Source of the DNA: Betaproteobacteria bacterium
GTDB taxonomy: Bacteria > Pseudomonadota > Gammaproteobacteria > Burkholderiales > CAIKXV01
Length of the DNA: 64,000 nucleotides
NCBI GenBank assembly: GCA_947457885.1
Contig: CANGXU010000003.1
Location: 6,147-70,146 of the forward strand
Direction: 5' to 3'
Below are positions 39,401 through 47,200 of the stretch, piece by piece. The notes beneath the pieces were generated by a model that had not been told where the DNA came from, ran no database searches, and was given only the letters and a program-made list of their open reading frames with translations. How positions within the stretch are numbered: the first letter of the stretch is position 1; the number at the start of each line of letters is the position of its first letter. A program made the position numbers and the translations under genes.

Positions 39401-41914
39401 GTCGGTGACCTGCACCAGGTCGGACAGTGCGCCCTTGGCGATCTGCAAGCGGGTCTTGCGACCGATCGGGTGGCCGTTCGGGCCCTTCGGACCGAACTTC
39501 CAGTTCAGGTAGTTGACCGAATAGACATCGATGTTCTTCGTGCTGTCCGCAGCGATCGCCCCGGACGCCTCAGTCGTATAGGAGAAGATGGTGTTGCTTC
39601 CAGTCGTCAAGGTGTTCCAGGCAGTGTCGAAGTTACGCGCTGCCGCCCGCATGTAGCTGTTGCCGCCGGGGTTGGCGGCCGGTTCATCCGCCTTGCAATC
39701 GTGAATCATGTTGATCTGCCTGTCCGCCGCTACGTCAGGTTTCGCGTAGTTGTAGACCCTGTAGAACCGGTTGGTGCCTGCACTGCCACCGATGCACTGA
39801 GTGTTCGTGGTCGTCACGGACAGGCACGATGACGAGTTGTTGGTCGTCGGGCAGGGGAGCCCGTAGCGCGTGTTGCAGGTCTGGTCGGTAGCGGCGCTGT
39901 TGACGCAACCGGCGGTGGCGCTGCCGCCCGCCACGTTGGTATAGGCCGTCCCTCGGATGTTGAAGCTCGGCGTGGCCGTGATCGAGCAGTTGGCCGTGGA
40001 CGGACCCGACGTACTCCGATTATCCCCGGTGCTGACCGTGCCCGGCACCGTAGTCAAGTTGCCCTGGCAGGTGCCGCCATGCCAGTAGGTGCCGGCGGTG
40101 ATCGCATTGGTGCAGCCGGAGGCCGCATTGGAAGGTGTCAACGGCAGGGGGAAGGGCCCAGTCACGTTGACCTGCGTGGTGCCGTTGACGGCCCTGGTCG
40201 TGCCGCCGGCGGTGCAGCTCGCGGTCGAACCGTTTTCCTCGCAGCTGCCGCCGTAGAGATACCAGCCCTGGCCTTCAACGAAGGCGCCGCCGCGTCCAAC
40301 CCACGCGCAGGTGTTCACTGCGACCGACGTACGGCTGCTCCACGCGCAGCTGTTACGGTTCGCGCTGAAGAAGTTATTGGTGGTGGCGAATCCACAGTTT
40401 CCGGGGGTCGCCGGGCAGCCGACGCCGAAAGGATCGTTGCACGAGCCGAGCGTGTCATTGGTGCAGGTGCCACCGCGCCAGCGGGTTGTGCCGGAGGCGT
40501 CTACTTCGCTCAGTGTGGGCGCGCTGAAGCTGCAGGTGCGCGTCTGGGTGGCCGATCGGTTGATACACCCCACCGTACCCGAGGGTACATTGATGCAGTT
40601 TGCCGACGCCGGGCCGGTGGCCGGATCGCACGCGACGGGCGTGGTGCTGGTGTAGCCAGCGGGGTTCATGCTGCTGATGTAGCCGTGCAGTCCGGTGACC
40701 ATGCCGAAGGCGGGCGCGGGCGAGTTGTCCCGGTTGCCCTTGATCGCGCTGAGCCGCTCGTCGGAGGCCAGCAGCGAGTAGCCGTAGAGGCTGCGCAGGG
40801 TGGTGAGCTGGGCCGCAGTCCAGGCGAAGGTTGGCGCAACCGTGGCTGGGGGAACAGCGGGATAAAAGGGCGAGTTGAGGGCCCCGAGGGAGACGAAAGG
40901 ATGGAATTCGGTCCCGGACATGTCTGCCTTCAGGTCCGTCCATCCGGCATGGCTACCGGAGCCGCGCACGCGGATCGGCGTCCCGACACTTCCGACCGGA
41001 CTACTCCCGATGTTGTCGCGGGCTGCGGCACCGGTCGGGGTATTGAGCGGCGCAACCGACGAGTCGAGGTATCCCCGGGCATAGCCTGCCGTGTTGATGC
41101 TGCTGCCGGGATAGTCGGCATTGTTGACCGTGTCCAGCGCCAGCCAGCGCTCGTAGCGCGCCCACTGCTGGTTGGCGAAAAAACCGGCGTTGCGGGCATA
41201 GGCCGTCGGCGCGAACACGGTCGAAGGCATGATCTCGGCCAGGCTGGTCGAGCACTGGTTGTAGAGGGTGTAGTCGTAGTCGGTCGTCCCCCAGGGGTTG
41301 GGCACGGCCGCAAAGGTGATGCCGCCACGGGTCCCGGCGACGAAGGCGCGCGAACCACGGAAGCGGTTGAAGGTGATCGAGCGCAGCCGCGCGTCGCTCA
41401 GGCTGGCGGTCGCTGGGCTCTGCGCCGGGACCCAGTACAGCCACGACGGGTCGTTGTAGTTGCGCCATGTGGCCCGCGTGCCCGGATCGCCTGTCTCGGT
41501 GGCGTTCGCATAGGTGCGCGCGGCATTCCACAGGGCGCGCCGCTGGTCCAGCGTGTCACCCGCCCAGGTGCCCCAGGGGCTGAACGGGGCGGCCGGCGCA
41601 GCGGCGGTAGAGATACGGGACGCGTTCTCGGTCGTGACTTCGGAGTTGCTGATCGCGGCGATGTCGTTCCACAGATACTCGACATGCGAGTCGTAGTCGC
41701 CCGGATACTCGCGCCACGCCTCGGGGATGTTCATCGAGTCCGAGGTGTCGAGTACCACCAGCACGTTCGGTTCTGCCGTCGATGTACTCGGGGTGGTGGC
41801 CAGGAAAATGTCGGTGTCGCGCGCGAACGCGGGCGAGAAGGCGCCGAACGGGTTCGCAAGGGTCACGATCAGCACCCAGGCCAGCATCTTTCGGATTCGA
41901 AGGGTCGTCGTCAT
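36401..41914 (-). CDS. pilY1: giant PilY1-like type IV pilus tip adhesin, paralogue A (1,837 aa)
   Basis: Signal peptide. N-terminal vWA start VLVVLDTSDSM (intact MIDAS) with the rest of the vWA fold ~740 aa later (RLGLMVFNR...IILLTDGGPEDD). C-terminal PilY1/PilC beta-propeller (YIHAVDANTGAEKWTF...) with Ca-loop DTDLDGNSFLD. GAGG lies 7 nt before the ATG. Confidence 0.85.
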   Translation of the reverse strand: MTTTLRIRKMLAWVLIVTLANPFGAFSPAFARDTDIFLATTPSTSTAEPNVLVVLDTSDSMNIPEAWREYPGDYDSHVEYLWNDIAAISNSEVTTENASRISTAAAPAAPFSPWGTWAGDTLDQRRALWNAARTYANATETGDPGTRATWRNYNDPSWLYWVPAQSPATASLSDARLRSITFNRFRGSRAFVAGTRGGITFAAVPNPWGTTDYDYTLYNQCSTSLAEIMPSTVFAPTAYARNAGFFANQQWARYERWLALDTVNNADYPGSSINTAGYARGYLDSSVAPLNTPTGAAARDNIGSSPVGSVGTPIRVRGSGSHAGWTDLKADMSGTEFHPFVSLGALNSPFYPAVPPATVAPTFAWTAAQLTTLRSLYGYSLLASDERLSAIKGNRDNSPAPAFGMVTGLHGYISSMNPAGYTSTTPVACDPATGPASANCINVPSGTVGCINRSATQTRTCSFSAPTLSEVDASGTTRWRGGTCTNDTLGSCNDPFGVGCPATPGNCGFATTNNFFSANRNSCAWSSRTSVAVNTCAWVGRGGAFVEGQGWYLYGGSCEENGSTASCTAGGTTRAVNGTTQVNVTGPFPLPLTPSNAASGCTNAITAGTYWHGGTCQGNLTTVPGTVSTGDNRSTSGPSTANCSITATPSFNIRGTAYTNVAGGSATAGCVNSAATDQTCNTRYGLPCPTTNNSSSCLSVTTTNTQCIGGSAGTNRFYRVYNYAKPDVAADRQINMIHDCKADEPAANPGGNSYMRAAARNFDTAWNTLTTGSNTIFSYTTEASGAIAADSTKNIDVYSVNYLNWKFGPKGPNGHPIGRKTRLQIAKGALSDLVQVTDGMRLGLMVFNRTSSTLASDGANVAFAMRRMGSNSSDADFANRSALVNAILGTTASARTPMTEALYEAYLYYAGRTPQWGTSTATALAGGTVTQGRDTTAVCTAISADCPSIGVYRSPMLNNPTTTAPAGCQKNYIILLTDGGPEDDSAANTLPGSPSRGVKNMTWTGTPGGVVSPRTVPDETNADTTSEQFEVSPGTPFGPTDLAGTSADGGYVWLDELTYFMSRADISPGAINFAGETTTDRILGRQSAVTYTIGFAGASSPVLQNAAQKSGGQYYVAEDSAQLKTALLNALVSIRDWNPTVSSPTVPISALNRTTNSTDVYLSFFRASVTQTWTGTVKKFMLGDPLAEPGVCGPGITDLCLIGQTVLSGTNTKNIEKIETDPITGLESATVDPNASSFWGPSTLRDAGKPDSGGTGYQLLNTTGYNPSTRKVYTRLSTATNADLTHSSNAVSEDNADLTKTLLGNASMSDAQRSTILNWTRGGNTGDAACADANAATACTAWRSWAHGDVQHSRPALVTYNPGASPPAQYLYYASSAGYIHAVDANTGAEKWTFLVEEALPQLAALMANATGEQIYVADGSPVVRINDANRNGVVDGTDSVWLFFGLRRGGRAYYALDITDVNAPRFMWKITPTQICGAGSCSASTAYAQLGQSWSTPTVGRVRAVSDPVLLFGGGYDPNQDNRPTTAADTMGRAVFVVNARTGSLEASFSNSNPLVTGGSMSFSIPSDLAALDTDLDGNSFLDRIYVGDMGGQVWRFDIGNADKSLWSGRLLATLATTTPTDRRIFFPPAAVKQLRLGVRYDAVIVGTGNRENPLKATSTDVIAMIKDPDYGLYATSTSVVSLLAGDLINLGSTEAGATETALITTPTAKGWYRVLDTGEKVTSEPTVFFGRIRFGSYTPIAQVNACMPPGLSRLNELDLLGAYVIPVTSTSMSRYYSNFINRGYGTSGQLIVLPGTTPAARRVFFVAAADSRLFSRQQLTLGAATRVYWYTEPQI

Positions 41915-41946
41915 GTGAAGCCTCGTTTCGATCTGTGGATGCCGGC

Positions 41947-42420
41947 TCAGCAGGAGCCGGGTGGTGCGATTGCTTCGGCGCCCTGGTGCACCGTCGAGCG
42001 GCCACCGCGGTTGACCGTGGCGGTCGCGGCGATGTCAAACTGCACCGCCTGCAGGCTACCCGCTCCCATCTGGGTGCCGAAGGTGTTCGCCGGAGCGCAG
42101 CCGAGCTGGGTCACGACCAGGTTCACGGTGCTGTCGTTGAGTACCGTGGTGGGAAAGATCGCGCCGCCGGCAGCTGCCGCCAGCGTGGCGAAGCCGGGCG
42201 CGAACCGCCCCTGGTTCGCATCGACGAAGTCGGCGATCGCGACTTCGGCATTGGCCAGGTTGATCGACAGCGTCTCGGTGCTGCCGCTGATGCGCAGCTG
42301 GAGGATCGACGTGCGCATCGTCGACAGGACCAGGATGGTCATCACCGCCATCAGGATCAGGCTGACCACGAGCGCGACGCCCTGCTCCGACCGTCTGGCC
42401 GGGTAGTGGATATGGGCCAT
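41947..42420 (-). CDS. pilX: type IV pilus minor pilin PilX, module A
   Basis: The ATG at 42420 comes 1 nt after the pilW stop. RSEQGVALVVSLILMAVMTILVLSTMRTSILQLRISG is a PilX N-terminal domain pattern. Confidence 0.75.
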   Translation of the reverse strand: MAHIHYPARRSEQGVALVVSLILMAVMTILVLSTMRTSILQLRISGSTETLSINLANAEVAIADFVDANQGRFAPGFATLAAAAGGAIFPTTVLNDSTVNLVVTQLGCAPANTFGTQMGAGSLQAVQFDIAATATVNRGGRSTVHQGAEAIAPPGSC

Positions 42421-42421
42421 C

Positions 42422-43501
42422 TCAACCTCCCCGTCGTTGTGCGACGTTACGCACCTGGAAGTTCTGCGTAAACACGCGGCGGCGGAACGCGCAGTCGACA
42501 TTCGCCGTACAGTTGAAATCGGACACGCCATCTCCGTCGAGGTCGTAGCGCTTTCCGGTATCGTTATGGCCGATGCTGGCGCGCGTGTCTCGCACCAGCA
42601 CCGACACGCGCACCACCACCACAGTGGTCCATTCGACGCCGACCGGCGTGGCCGTGAACCGGTCCGGCACGCCGTTGCCGTCCGCATCGAGGCCGTACAG
42701 GAAGTTCACCCGTTCCACGCCCTGCACCAGCGGGCGCTCGACCATGTTCACGCCCGCGAGTTCCTGCCTGACCAGCGTGGGTACCGGACGGCCGTCGTCA
42801 TCGGTGGCGAGACAACCGGGCGGCGTCGCGGTGCGACTGCAGGGACGCACGTAGTACATGTGGGCCTGGTATTCGAAGATCGGTGCGTCCGCACCGCCGA
42901 AGAGGGTGCGATGCACCCCGCCTGCGCGCAGCGTGCCGTAATCGCTGCCACGGAACAGGATCGCGCCGCTGGCGTTGCCCTGCACATAGACGCGGCCAGC
43001 CACGAACGCGGCGTCGGTCAGGTTGCCGTCGGCGTTCGGATCGGCCAGACGCTCGCCGGTGGCCAGACGAACCGCGAGTACCTGCAGCTGACCTGTCTGG
43101 AAATTGGTCGCGAGTACGCAGGGCAACGTCGCGTTCACGGTGGCCGGCGTCAACCCGGTGAAGCCCACCATCGGCACGATCGTGTCGAATGCCCAGTTCG
43201 CAAGGGGCGGATTGCCGGCCGAGCCGCAATCGACGACCGTGCTGACCCCACTGGCCGCGGCATCTACCGTCGTGGCCGCGTTGCCGATGCCGTAGAAGCC
43301 GGCATGCCGGATCGAATCGCCGATGTACGACAGGGCGGTCATGCCGTTCTCCTGCAGCCGGGCGAAGTCGTCCTGCGACTGGTAGCTGCGCGACGTGCCC
43401 ATGATCAGCACCATCAGTCCCAGGGTCAGGATCAGCGCGATCGTGATGCCGATCATCACCTCGACCAGCGAAAGACCGCGCTGTCTTGCGTGCATGAACA
43501 T
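42422..43501 (-). CDS. pilW: type IV pilus assembly protein PilW, module A
   Basis: ATG at 43501. Prepilin-like MFMHARQRG|LSLVEVMIGITIALILTLGL, then PilW-like FARLQENGMTALSYIGDSIRHAGFYG. Confidence 0.8.
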   Translation of the reverse strand: MFMHARQRGLSLVEVMIGITIALILTLGLMVLIMGTSRSYQSQDDFARLQENGMTALSYIGDSIRHAGFYGIGNAATTVDAAASGVSTVVDCGSAGNPPLANWAFDTIVPMVGFTGLTPATVNATLPCVLATNFQTGQLQVLAVRLATGERLADPNADGNLTDAAFVAGRVYVQGNASGAILFRGSDYGTLRAGGVHRTLFGGADAPIFEYQAHMYYVRPCSRTATPPGCLATDDDGRPVPTLVRQELAGVNMVERPLVQGVERVNFLYGLDADGNGVPDRFTATPVGVEWTTVVVVRVSVLVRDTRASIGHNDTGKRYDLDGDGVSDFNCTANVDCAFRRRVFTQNFQVRNVAQRRGG

Positions 43502-43503
43502 CT

Positions 43504-44142
43504 TCAGACCCTCACGTCGAGCGACACGACGCGCCGCCGTGTCTCGGTGCCGTAGAGGCCGTTGCCGCAGGTCGACGTGACCGGTGCGACGGTCGCGTCC
43601 CTCCCTTGCCACGCGACGGTCACCCGGTAGGTCGCCTGGGCGCTGGGGGCGACGGCTGCGACCACGATCTCCACGCAGCCCCGGGCATTCGTCGCGCCGC
43701 CTACCACGTCGGCGCCGGCGTTGACGGTTTCGGTCCTGCCCTGAAGCAGGCCGTCCCAGTAGGCCGCGTCGTACGCCGCGAGTGCGTCCGGCGCGCAGGT
43801 GGCTACCGCGCAGTTTGTAATCGTGCCGGTCACCAGGTCGTTGAAGCGGGTGCCGGTGCCCAGTGGCGTGGCGACCGGCGCGGCGGCTACGTAATCTGCG
43901 GCACGCGCCCCGTTTGCCCGGATCTTCTCGAGCATGTCGTTCGCCAGAGTGATCGCCTGCTGGCGCTGATACGCCTCGAAGGACGCCCGTTGACCCTTGA
44001 CGATCAGCTGAGCCAGGCCCAGCAGACCTATGGCGATCAGCGTCAGGGACACGAGGATCTCGATCAGCGTGAAGCCGCCGGCACGGACGCGAGGTACGCG
44101 TGGAACGCAAGGAGCACAGGGGGATGTACGATTTTCAGCCAT
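43504..44142 (-). CDS. pilV: type IV pilus modification protein PilV, module A
   Basis: G|FTLIEILVSLTLIAIGLLGLAQL...AITLANDMLEKIRAN. The leader length is uncertain. Confidence 0.8.
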   Translation of the reverse strand: MAENRTSPCAPCVPRVPRVRAGGFTLIEILVSLTLIAIGLLGLAQLIVKGQRASFEAYQRQQAITLANDMLEKIRANGARAADYVAAAPVATPLGTGTRFNDLVTGTITNCAVATCAPDALAAYDAAYWDGLLQGRTETVNAGADVVGGATNARGCVEIVVAAVAPSAQATYRVTVAWQGRDATVAPVTSTCGNGLYGTETRRRVVSLDVRV

Positions 44143-44259
44143 GCCGCAGCTTACGGCCTGACATGGCGATTTCCGAGGGGCGCAACCGTCTGCCCCGACG
44201 AACGGAAGACTGCGCTGGACGGGCGGCGCAGACGCTCTGAATGGGGGGGCGCCCAGGAG

Positions 44260-47200
44260 TCAGCTACCGGAGTCGAGATACCAGTAGACCCGTTGCGGTA
44301 CCCCGACCACAGCCACCTGGACGAAGGTCGCCGCCGGGCTGGTGAACAGGAAGCCGGCTCTGCCGTCGGGCAGGAGGATCAGCTGTCCGCTGGGCAGGAA
44401 GTTCCGCGACCAGACACCGTCGATAAAGGCCCGGCGGCTGCTGTTTCCCGGCAGCAGGGTGAGCGACGCGTCGAGGGCGGAATAACCGAAGATGCGACTG
44501 GTGAACGACGGCATGCAGCTCGACACCAGGCTCGGGAAACCCATCGCTGCCGCACTTCCGTAGACAGGTGCAAGCACGACGTTCCGGAACACCGTCGGCG
44601 CCTCGGTCACCTTGGCCGTCGCCGGCAACAGGCGGGCCCAGCCACTGGCGGTGCTGCCGGGCGCAGCCGAGACTGTCGAGTCGTCGTATGCCAGCTTCAG
44701 GAATTCGGGATCGGTGTACAGGATGGGCGGGCTCACGGACAGCGTCGTGCCGTGATCGCGGTCGATCAGCATCGCGAGGATGTCGACCGTCGACTGCTTG
44801 AACGGATGTTCACGATCGCCTGTGCCCAGGTAGATCGCATCGAACCGGCTGCCGCCCGCGGACTGCGGCACCACCGCGAACGGGAACAGGATCTTGCGGT
44901 TCGGGACAGGGCCGGTCGAGAGCTTCGCGATGAGCTTGCCCGTCCAGTTCGCAGGGTCGACATCCGAGATCTGGAAGCGGAACACGTTGGCCGCAGTGTC
45001 GCCGATGTATACCCGGTCGATCAGGCCGTCGCCGTTGGTGTCCAGCGCCGTCGGCTCGGCCGCGACGCTGTGGGTCATCGCCCCCGACGGCGCACCGTTT
45101 ACCAGCGTGTTGCCGCTGTCGAAACGACGGATCGGGATGCCGGTGACGAGGTCGACGATGTAGAACGCGCGGCCCATCGTGTCCGCAGCCAACACCGGCT
45201 CGTTATCCTGGTTCGGATCGTAACCGCCACCGAACATCACGACAGGGTTGGTCACGCCGGGCACCCGGCCGACCACGGGCGTCGACCAGGTCTGGCCGAG
45301 TTCCGCGTACAGCGGCTCGCTGGAACAGGTGCCGGTGCACCGCAGGCCGCCCCCATTGGCCGTGATCTTCCAGAGGAAGACCGGCGCCGAGAGGTTGGTG
45401 ACGTCGATCGCGTACTGCGTGCGGCCACCGCGCCGCAGGCCGAAGGTGACGATCACCTGGTCGCCCGCCTCCACGATGCCGTTGCCGTTGACGTCCTTTA
45501 CGTGGACCGCGGGTGCGCCGTCGGCGACCTGGATCTGCTCGCCGTTACCGTTGGACAGCAGGGTGCCGAGCTGCGGCAGCGCTTCCTCGACCATGAACGC
45601 CCAGCGCTCGCGACCGGTATTGCCGTCCACGGCATGCAGGAGCCCGGTGTTGCTCAGGTAGAACAGGAACTGCTGCGGCGGACTGGTCGCGGTGTTGTAG
45701 TACACGAACGCCGGCTTGGAATGCAGTACATCGGCATGGGGCCAGTCGGCCCACTGGTCGCAGGGTAGCCAGTAGGACACGCCATTGCACTGGGGCACGG
45801 TCATGTTGCCGCCCCGGATCCAGTTCAGCAGCCGGTAGCGGCCGACGGTGTCGGCCGCGCCCAGCCCCAGCATGGCGTTGGTGATGTTTGCATTGCCGCC
45901 CGTGACCGCGTTCGCCGGGCTCGTCAGGTCGGTGGCAGACACCGATGACAGCCTGGTGTAGACGCTGCGGGTACCGCTGCCATTGACCGTGCCCGGCACT
46001 ACGGCCGGCGCGGACGCCTTCAGCTGGTAGCCGGTGCCGCCGCGTGCTGGTTCGCGGCCGTCGATCTCGGTGGCCGGGTTCCAGTAGCTCACCGCAAGCG
46101 TGCTGATCAGCCGCTCGAACACGCCGGTCGTACCGATCTGCCCGGCCACCTCTATGTTCCTGCTGCCGCCCGGAAGCGTGGTCTGGCCGATCAGGCAGAA
46201 GGTGATCGGGTTGCCCTGTGGATCGTTGCCGCATTCGGTCCCGGTGGTGCCGATGCCGTACTTGCGTACCGAGCCCCGCCACGAGACGGCGCTGCTCGGC
46301 TCGAAGAACGCCATGTATACCTCGAGCGCGGTCTGCGCCCGGTTGTAGGCGGAGATCGGTACCGTGGCTGCGGCCAGCGAGCCGGTGAAGCTGGTGATGC
46401 TGGTGACCGCCTGCTGCAGCCGGCGGCGCAGATCCTGTACGTCCTGCGCTTCGTAGTAGATACCGTCGCCACGGGTCGCGGCCTGCTGCATGACCGGCGA
46501 GGATGTTCCTCGGAAGCCGATGGTGTAGGTGATGATCCCCTGCGCGCCCGGCAGCGCGTCACTGCCGTTGTCGCCCGGGAAGATGCGAGCCCCCGGGCTC
46601 ATGTCGGCGTTGCGCATGAAGTAGGACAGTTCGTCCAGCCACAGGTAGCCGCCGTCGAATGCGGTCGACGCCTGGTCGCGCGGGCCGTAGGGCTGCGCGG
46701 TGAGTGCGCTCTCGAACTGCTGGCTCGTGGTGGCGGGGTTGAATGCGTCGACGCCCTGCACCGGCGAGAAGGTGCCGACCGGGTTGGGCGAAGCGCTGAC
46801 GTAGGAGAGGTTGCGCACGCCGCGGCTGCCGGGCAGCGTGTTGGCAGACCAGTCGTCCTCCGGCATGCCGTTGGCGATCATCACCACGAAGTTCTTCTGG
46901 CAGGAGGCGGGCGCGGCCGTCGACGGGCTGGACAGCATCGGCGAGCGGTAGACGCCGAGCGACGGACACTCCGCCGAAATCGCCGTGCACACGGCGGTGG
47001 TGTCGCGGCCGTGGGTCACCGTACCGCCGATCAGTGCAACCGATGTCTCGGTTCCCCATTGCGGGGGGCGGCCCGCGAAGTACAGCATCGCCTCGTAGAG
47101 TGTCTCGGTCAGTGGCGCGCGCGAGGACGCGACCACGTTGTTGATCGCGCTCACCAGCGCTGCGCGGTTCGCGAAGTCCGGGTCGGCGTCGTCCGTGCCC

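Noticed and set aside
44243-44249. Homopolymer tracts as phase-variation switches: G7 in the pilY1-B/pilV-A spacer, C7 on the coding strand inside the pilW-B leader (51304-51310), and a C6 run in the pilX-B leader (50046-51).
   Set aside because: Runs of 6-7 are short for slipped-strand switches. Equivalent runs occur in housekeeping genes, for example a G7 run at 54477-54483 inside amiC. They probably just reflect GC-rich Pro/Gly codons.
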